Below, one piece after another: positions 53,546 to 62,913 of a stretch of DNA of 64,000 nt. The stretch covers positions 576,001 through 640,000 of the forward strand of contig CAWIAD010000001.1 of assembly GCA_963833985.1 (NCBI GenBank), written 5' to 3'. Source of the stretch: an uncultured Planctomycetaceae bacterium. Lineage in GTDB: Bacteria; Planctomycetota; Planctomycetia; Isosphaerales; Isosphaeraceae. The notes beneath the pieces are model-generated. The model saw only the letters and a program-made list of their open reading frames with translations, searched no databases and was not told the DNA's origin. A program made the translations under genes and the position numbers. Numbering within the stretch: the stretch's first letter is position 1; each line of letters opens with the position of its first letter.

Positions 53546-54369
53546 ATGCTGAGCAGCTCGCTGTCGTTCGGTGATTGTGAGTTCATCGCGTTCGACTTCG
53601 AGACAACCGGGCTCGATCCCTGCCGCGACAGGCTGGTGGAAGCGGGAGCGCTTCGCTTCCATCGATCGGGCGAGGTCGTGGATCGGTTCGAGTCGCTGAT
53701 CCATCCGGAAATGCCGATGCCACCGGCCGCTCAGGCCATCCACGGCATCACCGATGCCGACCTGGCCGATGCGCCGACTTGCCGGGAAGTCTTGCCGCGG
53801 TTCCTGGCGTTCCTTGGCGACCCGCGCACCACTGCCCTGCTGGCACACAACGCCTGCCTGGACGCGGGCTTCCTGGGAACCGAGCTGCGGCGGGCGGGTC
53901 AGGCACTTCCCGACCACCTCATGTTCGACACGCTGGCCCTGGCGCGGAGCTGCCGTCCGGACCTGCGCAGCCACCGCCTGCACGCGCTGGCAGGTGCCCT
54001 TTGCCTGGAGGCCTACGCTATGCATCGGGCGCTGGCCGATGCCGTCTGTGTCAAGGCCCTCTGGCTCGCGCTCGATGGTCCCCGCACCCGCGCGATCGGC
54101 TTGTCTCGTACCCGATCCATGACGCCGCTGGTGCGGTCCCGGCGCCTCACGGCTGGTGCGTGCTCGATGAGGCCATCGCGGGCGGCCGGCACGTGCGGAT
54201 CGTGTATGAGGGGGGAACGCGCGGCGTTGCGCCGCGGGTCATCTCACCGCGCCGCTATGCGTACAAGGGGGGTATGGGGTACGTTCTGGCCTTTTGCCAT
54301 GTCGACCGCCTTGAAAAGGCGTTCCGGCTTGACCGGATCCGTCAGTGCGTGCTTGCCGCGGTTCCCTGA
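53546..54369 (+). CDS. DEDDh (DnaQ-like) 3'-5' exonuclease fused to C-terminal WYL domain (frameshift near 54095)
   Basis: FDFETTG, AHNACLD, HRALADA; then VRIVY...RVISP...YVLAFCH...FRLDRI (WYL). Confidence 0.82.
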
Positions 54370-54456
54370 GGTCGTGGTCGCCATGTTGATCCACAGGCCG
54401 CGAACCGATAAACTACGAGACGAACAGTCAAAGCAGACTCTAGCGAGGTGGAAGAA

Positions 54457-55017
54457 ATGCTGAAGCTTCTCTTTCTCATTGCCGTAGGAGCGATTTACCG
54501 ACTGGTGGATCACCCGGTCAACTTCGTGCCGCTCGGTGCACTGGCCCTGTACGCGGGAGCGAGCTTTCCTCGCCGCTGGGCCTGGATCGTACCCGTCGCG
54601 GCCATGGGGCTTTCCGACCTGGTGATCGATTACTCGACGGGGCGCCCGTTCAGCGACCCATCTCGCTGGCTGATCTACGGGACCTTCGCGTGCACCACGC
54701 TCATGGGCCCGCTTGCCCGCCGCCCGAAGGTCGGCCCGTGGCTGCTGCCGGCCCTCTCGGTCTCTGCCTCGCTCCTCTTCTTCCTCACCAGCAACTTCGG
54801 AGCGTGGCTGGTTCCCGAGTTGAACTATCCGCGGAACCTGTTCGGGCTGATCTCCTGCTACATCGCAGGCATCCCGTACATCCATCACACGATCCTCGCC
54901 GATCTGGCAGGAACCGCACTGTTCTTTGGACTTGAAGCCAGTCTCGAGCGTGCCAGAAACCTGCTGTTCAATCGCTCCACGGCTCCTGCCCCCGTCGAAG
55001 TACCCCCTGCGGCATAA
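54457..55017 (+). CDS. DUF6580-like putative transport membrane protein
   Basis: HPVNFVPLGALALYAGA, SDL, SLLFFLTSNFGAW, CYIAGIPY. Confidence 0.75.
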   Translation: MLKLLFLIAVGAIYRLVDHPVNFVPLGALALYAGASFPRRWAWIVPVAAMGLSDLVIDYSTGRPFSDPSRWLIYGTFACTTLMGPLARRPKVGPWLLPALSVSASLLFFLTSNFGAWLVPELNYPRNLFGLISCYIAGIPYIHHTILADLAGTALFFGLEASLERARNLLFNRSTAPAPVEVPPAA

Positions 55018-55026
55018 GCTTTTTCC

Positions 55027-55782
55027 GTGGCAAGGTTGCTTGTCAGCGTCCGATCCGCCAATGAAGCGGTTGCCGCATTCCAGGGCGGCGCCGCGATCAT
55101 CGATATCAAGGAACCGGATCACGGCTCGCTCGGCCGAGCCCCCTGGTCCGTCTGGCGTGCCGTGCGGAAGGTGGTCCCCACGGCAATCCCGCTCAGCGTG
55201 GCTCTGGGCGAGCTTCCCGAGTGGCTCTCGCACGACCGCTGCACTGTGCCCGCCAACGCCTGGACGGGCATCTCCTACCGCAAGCTTGGGCTCGCCGGCA
55301 GCGGACCCGACTGGCGGCAGGACTGGCGGTGTGTCAGGGCCCTGCTCGGTGACGAGGCTGGGCCTCCGTGGATTGCTGTCATCTATGCCGACTGGCAGAT
55401 GGCCTCCGCGCCGGACCCGCAAGCCGTCCTGCTCGAGGCTCTCGATGACGCGCGCATGGCAGGCGTTCTGCTTGACACCTCGGACAAGACCCGGCCCATC
55501 CGGATCGATGACCGCTGGGTCAAACTCATCGAACAGGTCCGCCGGGCCGGCAAGCTCATGGCCCTGGCGGGCGGACTGGATGTTGAGTCCATCAGCCGGC
55601 TGGGCCCCCTCGCTCCGGACATCATCGCCGTCCGGGGCGCGGCGTGCCGCGACGGCAACCGCCGTGCGGAGGTTGATCCGCGCCGGGTTGCCGCACTGGC
55701 TCGGATGGTGAGCGCAGGGAACTGCGATCAGCCGCCGACATCGAATGCGACGCCTTGTGCCAGCGGCAGGTCCGCGCCGTAG
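55027..55782 (+). CDS. mfnB: (5-formylfuran-3-yl)methyl phosphate synthase (methanofuran/methylofuran biosynthesis)
   Basis: LLVSVRSANEA..A..GGA.IIDIKEP..GSLG, SVALGEL, LLDTSDK, ALAGGL, PDIIAVRGAAC. Confidence 0.88.
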   Translation: MARLLVSVRSANEAVAAFQGGAAIIDIKEPDHGSLGRAPWSVWRAVRKVVPTAIPLSVALGELPEWLSHDRCTVPANAWTGISYRKLGLAGSGPDWRQDWRCVRALLGDEAGPPWIAVIYADWQMASAPDPQAVLLEALDDARMAGVLLDTSDKTRPIRIDDRWVKLIEQVRRAGKLMALAGGLDVESISRLGPLAPDIIAVRGAACRDGNRRAEVDPRRVAALARMVSAGNCDQPPTSNATPCASGRSAP

Positions 55783-57251
55783 TTGATGGTGCAGGTTTGC
55801 CGGCGCATGTAGGTCTTCCAGGCGTCCGAGCCCGCCTCGCGGCCGCCTCCCGTGGCCTTCTCGCCGCCGAAGGCTCCGCCGATCTCGGCTCCTGATGTGC
55901 CGATGTTCACATTGGCAATACCGCAATCAGATCCCACGGGCGAGAGGAACAGCTCGGACTCGCGCAGGTCTCTCGTGAAGATGGCCGACGCCAGGCCCTG
56001 CTCCACGCCGTTCTGCATGGCTATGGCCTCGTCGATCCGCGCATACCTGATCACGTAGAGGATGGGAGCGAAGGTTTCCTGTCCCACGATGGGCATATCC
56101 GGCCTTGCCCGCACGATCGCGGGCTCGACGAAGTACCCGGGCCGGTCGAGCCGGCCACCGCCGCAGAGGACCTCGCCTCCCTGGCTCACGGCTGCGGTCA
56201 GCGACGCGTGCATCTGGTCGACGGCGGATGCGTGAATCAAGGGACCGACGAGCATGCCGTTCTCCCAGGGGTCACCGATCCTCAGGCTTCGGTATGCGGC
56301 GACCAGGCGTGCCACGAAGGCGTCGTGCAGCGAGTCGTGGACGATGAGTCGGCGGGCCGTGGTGCAGCGCTGGCCGGCCGTGCCCACCGCCGCGAAGACC
56401 GTCCCTCGCACGGCCAGCTCCAGATCGGCACTCTGCGTGACGATCACCGCGTTGTTGCCGCCGAGTTCCAGCAGTGTCCGTCCCAGCCGTCCGGCGACGA
56501 CCTCGGCCACGCGCCGGCCCATCCGGCAGCTTCCCGTAGCCGAGATCAGGGGCACTCGAGGGTCAGCCGCCATCCGCTCGCCGACCTCCTCCGCATCGCC
56601 GACGCAGAGGCCGAAGACGCCCGGATGGCCATGCTCCGCGGCGAGGCGGCCGACGATGCGCTGGATGGCCACGGCCGTCAGAGGGGCCAGCGGCGACGGC
56701 TTCCAGATCATGGTGTTGCCGCAGACCGCCGCGATCATGGCGTTCCAGGCCCAGACCGCGGCCGGGAAGTTGAACGCCGTGATGATGCCGATGGGCCCCA
56801 GGGGATGCCACTGCTCCATCATCCGGTGCCGCGGGCGCTCGCTGGCGATGGTCAGGCCGTGGAGCTGGCGCGACAGCCCCACGGCGAAGTCGCACATGTC
56901 GATCATCTCCTGGACCTCGCCCTCACCCTCGGAGCGGATCTTGCCGGTCTCCAGGGTGATGAGCAAGCCCAGGTCGGCCTTCTGCTCGCGCAAGGCCAGG
57001 CCGATCTGCCGCACCAGCTCGCCGCGCACCGGTGGGGGGATCGTGCGCCAGGCCTGAAAGGCGGCGATGGCTTGATCGACGACTCGATCATAGGTTCCCG
57101 CGGTCGCCATCACGACCCTGCCCAGCGCCTGGCCGGTTGCCGGATTGATCGACGCCAGCTCGCGGCCGCCGGGATCATCGACCCACGAGCCGCCGTGGGC
57201 GCCGCTCTGGATCTGCTGGAGGCCGAGCCGCTGGAACAAATCTTCGGTCAT
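55728..57251 (-). CDS. Aldehyde dehydrogenase family 7 (antiquitin/piperideine-6-carboxylate dehydrogenase-like)
   Basis: ITAFNFP, LELGGNN, GTAGQRCT, ETFAP, GAEIGGAFGGEK, GSDAWK.YMRRQT. Confidence 0.93.
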   Translation of the reverse strand: MTEDLFQRLGLQQIQSGAHGGSWVDDPGGRELASINPATGQALGRVVMATAGTYDRVVDQAIAAFQAWRTIPPPVRGELVRQIGLALREQKADLGLLITLETGKIRSEGEGEVQEMIDMCDFAVGLSRQLHGLTIASERPRHRMMEQWHPLGPIGIITAFNFPAAVWAWNAMIAAVCGNTMIWKPSPLAPLTAVAIQRIVGRLAAEHGHPGVFGLCVGDAEEVGERMAADPRVPLISATGSCRMGRRVAEVVAGRLGRTLLELGGNNAVIVTQSADLELAVRGTVFAAVGTAGQRCTTARRLIVHDSLHDAFVARLVAAYRSLRIGDPWENGMLVGPLIHASAVDQMHASLTAAVSQGGEVLCGGGRLDRPGYFVEPAIVRARPDMPIVGQETFAPILYVIRYARIDEAIAMQNGVEQGLASAIFTRDLRESELFLSPVGSDCGIANVNIGTSGAEIGGAFGGEKATGGGREAGSDAWKTYMRRQTCTINYGADLPLAQGVAFDVGG

Positions 57252-57373
57252 GAGCTTCCCCGAGAGGTACGGTCCGTGTTCGTCGCCCGATCCCGGGGAA
57301 TTCTACAGCCGACGGCGCCAGGCGGAAACCGGCAATTTGCGTCCCCTGATTCGACCTGGGACGCGGGCAGGGA

Positions 57374-58744
57374 TCAATATCCCCCGCTGACGTTCCACCA
57401 ATCGGGCTGCTTGTAGAGGTGACGGACAAAGGGTTGAAAATCCTCGGTGGTTTTTCTGCCGTCGCGTTCCAGCTCGACCTTCACCGGCACTCGAAGCGAT
57501 TCGGTGCGCCGATCCGCAGTGGGCTTGCCGACGGAGACGACGCGGAGGATTTTCCTTCCTGCGAATTGCTTCCGGACGACCTCCGCCGGAAGCCCGCCGA
57601 GGATCGAACCGGCTTTTTCGTAATCCTGGGCGATGAGCGCCTCGTAGAACTCCCGGGCCGCCTTGATCGCGATCTCCTCGTCGCTGAGATCACCTCTGGG
57701 CAGGCCGAACTGGCGGCTGATCTGGTCCACGACGATCACGTCCCCGGGCAGGTCGAGCTGGAAGACCTTGGGGTCGATTTCCTGGTTATACTGGAGGTAT
57801 TCGCGCAGCTTGATTCGTTCCCAGCGGCTGTCCTGCTGCCGGAAGTCGGCCACGCGCTGCACCAGTTTTGTCGCCGGATCGACCTCGTACACTTCGCGTC
57901 GATCGGGCATGTCCCGGGAAGTGACCGTCAGCGTGATCGGCTCCCCTTGCCGGGTTGGTTCTTCTGTCTCCACCTGAACCCTGCCGGCCTTCCGCTGTGT
58001 TTGCAGCTCCTCAAATGCCAGCTTCGGGTCGAAGGCTGCGCGCCCTATCTTGAAACTTCTGTCCAGAGATGCTCGCCCTTTCATGAGGCTGTTCAGGGCT
58101 TCCGCGTCACGGCAAATGAGCCGGCAGTTCTTCCATTTGAACCAGACCTCGGCCCTGTCTCCCGAGATGATGGTGGTCTTGGGGCCGTCCTCGGTGAGCG
58201 GGAAGTCCAGGCGAATTCGCGTGGCCGCACCGTTGGCGTCGAACTGGATCCAGGCTTCTGACAGGCCATAGATGGTCGGAGTGATCTTGATGTGGCAGCT
58301 TCGGATCTTGTCATTGGCCCGGGCCGTCTGCTCGAGCGCGTAGACGGCGGGAGATGAGAAGAGCAGGGCGTAGCAGGCAAGACTAGCCGCCAGGGCCAGC
58401 ACTGCCGCTGTCGAGGCACACGCGCGTTTGTGGGAACGGATCATGAGTCGAGTCCTTTCGAGAAAACCGTGATTCGCCCCGGCGAGATCACGGGGAGATC
58501 TGGCCTGCCTGACCGGAAGGTTATCGAGTACTGAAGCCGCGCCAGGCGCAAGGTTGCACGCCAGCGAGGCGAAGCCGACCCGGACCTGCTGCTCTTCCGC
58601 CCGAAGGGCGTCCCGGAGACGCCGGCAACCGATGCAGACGGCCAGATGGTCACGCAGCTCACGGGCAGCCGGAACGTCCAGCTCGCCCAGGGTGAGCGCG
58701 ACGAGGTTCTCCAATCGGTCCTTGCACTCTGTTGCAGCGCTCAC
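57374..58744 (-). CDS. Zinc-finger (zf-HC2) anti-sigma factor with large extracytoplasmic domain
   Basis: HLAVCIGC (HxxxCxxC), TM helix; GTG start overlaps the sigma-factor stop. Confidence 0.8.
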   Translation of the reverse strand: MSAATECKDRLENLVALTLGELDVPAARELRDHLAVCIGCRRLRDALRAEEQQVRVGFASLACNLAPGAASVLDNLPVRQARSPRDLAGANHGFLERTRLMIRSHKRACASTAAVLALAASLACYALLFSSPAVYALEQTARANDKIRSCHIKITPTIYGLSEAWIQFDANGAATRIRLDFPLTEDGPKTTIISGDRAEVWFKWKNCRLICRDAEALNSLMKGRASLDRSFKIGRAAFDPKLAFEELQTQRKAGRVQVETEEPTRQGEPITLTVTSRDMPDRREVYEVDPATKLVQRVADFRQQDSRWERIKLREYLQYNQEIDPKVFQLDLPGDVIVVDQISRQFGLPRGDLSDEEIAIKAAREFYEALIAQDYEKAGSILGGLPAEVVRKQFAGRKILRVVSVGKPTADRRTESLRVPVKVELERDGRKTTEDFQPFVRHLYKQPDWWNVSGGY

Positions 58745-59256
58745 GGGCCTTCCTCGCGCAGAAGTTCGTGTAGCATCGTCCTGGCACGCACCAGGCGCTG
58801 CCTGACGGCGGCCTCGGTCGTTTTCAGTGAGACGGCGACTCGGGAGCAGTCGCGCCCATCGAGATAGTACAGGACAATGGCCTCGCGATAGCTCGGGGGG
58901 AGTTTCTGGATCGCGTTGTGAAGACGCTCGACCATCGCGTCCGCGGCCGGAGTGGCGGCCGCCGGCTCGTCCAGGAGCGGTTCGGTTTGCTTCCGTCTGC
59001 GGTAGAAGTCGACGCACTTCCGACGTGCAAGCTGCAAGAGCCAGGCGCGGGCGCGTGCGGGTTCTCGCAAGCCGGAAAATTTCGCCGTCGCGTTCAGAAA
59101 GACAGATTGCATGACGTCTTCGGCGTCATGGTGGTTCCTCGTATTGGCAAGGCATACGGCGAACACGCCTTCCTGGTGAAGGCGGAACAGGTCTCCCGGA
59201 GTCATCCCCTGGGGGGCCTCGTTCCGCGGATCGGTCCTGCCCTGCTTCGATCTCAT
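58741..59256 (-). CDS. ECF RNA polymerase sigma factor
   Basis: DAEDVMQSVFL, WLLQLARR, LPPSYREAIVLYY, AVRQRLVRAR. Confidence 0.92.
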   Translation of the reverse strand: MRSKQGRTDPRNEAPQGMTPGDLFRLHQEGVFAVCLANTRNHHDAEDVMQSVFLNATAKFSGLREPARARAWLLQLARRKCVDFYRRRKQTEPLLDEPAAATPAADAMVERLHNAIQKLPPSYREAIVLYYLDGRDCSRVAVSLKTTEAAVRQRLVRARTMLHELLREEGP

Positions 59257-59276
59257 GGGTTCCACCCAAGGAACAA

Positions 59277-59303
59277 GACGCGGCGTGAGTCGGAAAAGTG
59301 ACA
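59277..59303 (-). promoter_or_regulatory. Putative ECF-type (autoregulatory) promoter
   Basis: Minus strand TGTCAC-N17-CGTC, about 20 bp upstream of the sigma start. Confidence 0.45.
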
Positions 59304-59456
59304 TGCGCCAGAATCTTCGGGGAGCGGCAAGCGGCAGCCGGAAGGTAACGCATTCTCCCCGGGAGCGAAAGCGGGTCCACCCTGTGTTGATTGCCGGGAC
59401 GAGGTCACGGACAATACGTCTTCGAGCAGGGGGAGTTGTCGCACTGCGAGGCATTG

Positions 59457-60761
59457 ATGCGACTGCGGTTCCGGCGAAATCAGGGGGTTCCAGCGCGGCA
59501 GGGCGTTCTGTCCTTCGCCGAGCGCTTGCGGCGCCGCGAGCGCTGGTTCAAGGGGGCCATCGTCGCCGGCACCCTGGTGGTCATGACCGCGCTGGTGGCG
59601 GCGTCGCCACGCGGGCGATACCTGGCTGTCAGCCTGGCCGACAAGTCGCGTCAGCTCGCGTGGCAGGCGGTCGGAGTGCCCCCAGACCGTGCGCAGATCG
59701 ACGCCGAATGGGCCAGATACCGGCAGCAAGGCATTGCCGACACCCTGCGCGAATTTCGCAAGGTCTATGCTGATATCGATGCGCCGTTGCGGAAATTGAT
59801 GAGCTACGCCGGCAACGACCCGGAGACCGGCATCCTGCGATGGGGCAATTTCTCAAGGACCCTGCTCCTGCCCTCGACGGTGTTCGAGCCCGACGATAGC
59901 GGCCGCTCCTACCGCCTGCGGCCGAACACCCGCGCGGTCTGGCTGCGAAACCTGACGATCCAGCGCATTCCACTCACGTTCTTCCTCGTTCCCGATGGTC
60001 CCGGGCTCGATGAAGCCATGCGCGGGACCACGGCCATTCGCGTGCCGGGCTCGGAACAGACGACCAACTCGTGGGGCCTGCGCGGGCCCGAGCCGGACCC
60101 CTCCGCGCCGTTGCGGGGTATCGTACTGGGCGACTCGTTCATGCAAGGGCTCTTCATCGACGATGCCCACACGCCTCCGGAGTGCCTGCGGAGATACCTG
60201 GAAACAAGACGCAAGACCAGGGCCTCCCTGTTGAACACGGGCGTTCTGGGCTATTCCCCGGAGCAGGAATATCACACCCTGCGCACGTTCTGCGAGCGCT
60301 TCCGGCCCCAGTTCGTCGTGCTCAGCCTCTTCGCCAATGACTTCGGCGACGTCTTCGAGGTCGCCGGCGGCAAGGGAGACTGGGACGAGGGCAAGTACTG
60401 GCTGGGGCAGATCACGCAGTATTGCCGCGGCCAGAGCATTCTCTTGATCACGGTTCCAGCCCCGCTGGAAAGCCAGTTGAACGCACGGCGGTTCGCGGGC
60501 AACTACCCGGGACAGGTCTCGAACATCCTGGAGTCCTCGGGCATCGAGTATCTCGACCCGATCGAGAGCTTTGTCAATGAGCACCTGGCGCTCCTGATCA
60601 CCCGCACCCGCACAGGAAATCGCCCGCAGACCAGTCCGCTGTTCAACGGTGTGATCGGCGACGGGCATTTCTCGGTACTGGGCTCGGAGCTGTGGGCCCG
60701 GGTGGTGGGTGAGCGACTGGTGCTGCTGTTCGAGAAGGCACAACTTCCCGCTACCCCGTGA
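59457..60761 (+). CDS. Membrane-anchored SGNH/GDSL hydrolase-like protein (paralog 1)
   Basis: TM segment, NSWGLRG, LGDSF, GYSP, FAND, DGHFS. Confidence 0.8.
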   Translation: MRLRFRRNQGVPARQGVLSFAERLRRRERWFKGAIVAGTLVVMTALVAASPRGRYLAVSLADKSRQLAWQAVGVPPDRAQIDAEWARYRQQGIADTLREFRKVYADIDAPLRKLMSYAGNDPETGILRWGNFSRTLLLPSTVFEPDDSGRSYRLRPNTRAVWLRNLTIQRIPLTFFLVPDGPGLDEAMRGTTAIRVPGSEQTTNSWGLRGPEPDPSAPLRGIVLGDSFMQGLFIDDAHTPPECLRRYLETRRKTRASLLNTGVLGYSPEQEYHTLRTFCERFRPQFVVLSLFANDFGDVFEVAGGKGDWDEGKYWLGQITQYCRGQSILLITVPAPLESQLNARRFAGNYPGQVSNILESSGIEYLDPIESFVNEHLALLITRTRTGNRPQTSPLFNGVIGDGHFSVLGSELWARVVGERLVLLFEKAQLPATP

Positions 60762-62263
60762 GCCCGAGGCCACGCATGAGCCGGAGACCCGCAGTCACCT
60801 GGGGAAGCGTGAGCCGCCGAAGGCTCGCGTCGCGCTGGCGCCGCTTCCTGCAACGGCCTGGCTGGCTGGGCGGGAAGCAAAGCCTGCCCAGGCCGATCCA
60901 GCGCACCTTCGCCTTTCTGGAGCGATCGCAACGGTTGGCCCGGCGGTTCAAGGCTGCCATCCTGCTGGCAACGGCCGCCATCATCGCAGTCACCCTGGCG
61001 GCGTCGCCCACAGGACGGTACGCGGCAGGATGGACGGCAACGAGGGTACGGTGGTCGGCGATCCAGGCGCTGGGATTGCCCCTTGACCGCTCGGAGATCG
61101 AAGCCGACTGGCAGCGCAGGCGGCTGCACGACATCGAGCAGACCCGCGGCAAGCTGCGCTCCATCTACGCAGAGTACGACCCACCCATGCGAAGTTTGCT
61201 GGATTACGCAGGCCTGGACCCCGATCACGCCCTGCTCCGCTGGGGAAACTTCGACAAGACGTTGTACTTGCCCTCCACGGTCTTCCTGCCCGACGACACG
61301 GGCCGATCGTACCGCTTCCGGCCGCACACGCGGTCGATCTGGATACGCAACCTCAAGCTCAAGGGTGGTATCCTGGCGTACTTCCCGGTCCCGCTGGGAT
61401 CCCAGCTCGATGCACTTGTGCAAGGCACGGGAGCGCTCGTCGTCTCGTCGTCCGTGCAGACGACCAGTTCCTGGGGCCTGCGGGGACCCGAGCCCGATCT
61501 GCAAGCGCCGTTGCGGGGCATCATCCTCGGGGATTCGTACATGCAGGGCCTGTTTGTCGGCGACGACCAGACACCTTGCGAGTGCCTGAAGCGCGAGCTC
61601 TCGCAGGCCCTGAAAACCCGCGTCGAGATCCTCAACACGGGACATCTGGGTTATTCGCCGGAGCAGGAGTATCACACCCTGCGGGAGTATTGCGAGCGGT
61701 TCCGGCCGCGGTTCGTGGTGCTCAGCCTGTTCGCCAACGACTTTGGCGACCTGTTCGAAGTCCTCGAGGGAAAAGGGGACTGGGACGAAGGGCGGTACTG
61801 GCTGGGGCAGATCACGCAGTACTGCCGCACCAAGGAAATCCTCTGTCTGGCCGTCCCCGCGCCCTGGATCAACCAGCTCCAGGGCGATCGCAGGGCGGGG
61901 TTCTATCCGGGCAAGGTGTCGAACATCCTGGAATCCACGGGCCAGGCCTACCTCGACCCATTCGAGGCGTTCGCCACCGAGTTGTTACGGCTCACGGACG
62001 AGCGGCAACGGCAAGGGAAGCCGATCGCTCCCAATCCGCTGTTCAACGGAGTGCTTGGCGATGGACATTTCTCTCCCGCCGGTTGCGAGCTCTGGGCGCG
62101 GACGGTCGCCACACGGCTGGAACTCCTGCTCGGCGAGCTGCCGGCCCAGACGTCGACCCGGAACCGGGTCGGCCGGATTGGAAGCTCTGCACAGGACGGC
62201 GAGACTCAAGATCCCGTGCAATTCCACGCCCAAAACGATAGGATCCAGGTGTCGCAAGAATAG
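60758..62263 (+). CDS. Membrane-anchored SGNH/GDSL hydrolase-like protein (paralog 2)
   Basis: SWGLRG, LGDSY, GYSP, FAND, DGHFS; colinear with the upstream paralog. Confidence 0.8.
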   Translation: MSPRPRMSRRPAVTWGSVSRRRLASRWRRFLQRPGWLGGKQSLPRPIQRTFAFLERSQRLARRFKAAILLATAAIIAVTLAASPTGRYAAGWTATRVRWSAIQALGLPLDRSEIEADWQRRRLHDIEQTRGKLRSIYAEYDPPMRSLLDYAGLDPDHALLRWGNFDKTLYLPSTVFLPDDTGRSYRFRPHTRSIWIRNLKLKGGILAYFPVPLGSQLDALVQGTGALVVSSSVQTTSSWGLRGPEPDLQAPLRGIILGDSYMQGLFVGDDQTPCECLKRELSQALKTRVEILNTGHLGYSPEQEYHTLREYCERFRPRFVVLSLFANDFGDLFEVLEGKGDWDEGRYWLGQITQYCRTKEILCLAVPAPWINQLQGDRRAGFYPGKVSNILESTGQAYLDPFEAFATELLRLTDERQRQGKPIAPNPLFNGVLGDGHFSPAGCELWARTVATRLELLLGELPAQTSTRNRVGRIGSSAQDGETQDPVQFHAQNDRIQVSQE

Positions 62264-62273
62264 GGAGCAGCCC

Positions 62274-62897
62274 ATGTCCACGGCAGCCAGTCGAGTTCGG
62301 TTCGCGCCGGAAGAGTACCTGGCGATCGAGCGTCAGTCCGAAGTGCGGCACGAATACTACCGGGGCGAACTCTTCGCCATGTCCGGGGCCAGCCGCGAGC
62401 ACAACCTGATCGCGGGGAATGTCTCCGGCGAGATACGCAACCAGATACTTGACCGCCCCTGCGAGTCCTACGCGAGCGACATGAGAGTGTGGATCAAGGC
62501 GACGGGGCTGTACACATATCCCGACGTCGTGGTGGTCTGCGGGGAGCCGAGGTTCCAGGATCGCGAGGTCGATACGCTGCTCAACCCGACGGTCATCATT
62601 GAAGTCTTGTCGTCCAGCACGGAGAAGTACGACCGAGGAGCGAAATTCCGGCACTACCGGAGCGTCCCCTCGCTGCGCGAGTACGTTCTGGTGGCACAGG
62701 ACGAGATGCTCGTCGAACGCTTCACCCGCCGGGGAGACGACTGGTTGCTCTCGGTCATGACCGGGCCCGACCAGGCGCTGTCACTGGAATCGATCGAGTG
62801 CGAGATCCCGCTGAGCCGGGTTTACGCCAAGGTCGTCTTTCCCGAGCCGGGGGCAGCGGTTGCCAATCCAGACCAGCCGCCCCCGCGCCCGAAGTGA
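62274..62897 (+). CDS. Uma2 family endonuclease (DUF820)
   Basis: EEYL..E...RHEY..GE..AMSG, YPDVVVVC, P.VIIEVLS.ST...DRG.K, EYVLV. Confidence 0.93.
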   Translation: MSTAASRVRFAPEEYLAIERQSEVRHEYYRGELFAMSGASREHNLIAGNVSGEIRNQILDRPCESYASDMRVWIKATGLYTYPDVVVVCGEPRFQDREVDTLLNPTVIIEVLSSSTEKYDRGAKFRHYRSVPSLREYVLVAQDEMLVERFTRRGDDWLLSVMTGPDQALSLESIECEIPLSRVYAKVVFPEPGAAVANPDQPPPRPK

Positions 62898-62913
62898 AGC
62901 ACGCGGATCGGCC

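Noticed and set aside
62274..62897. Uma2 nuclease as a defence system
   Set aside because: Solitary member of a family highly expanded in Planctomycetes; no defence context.
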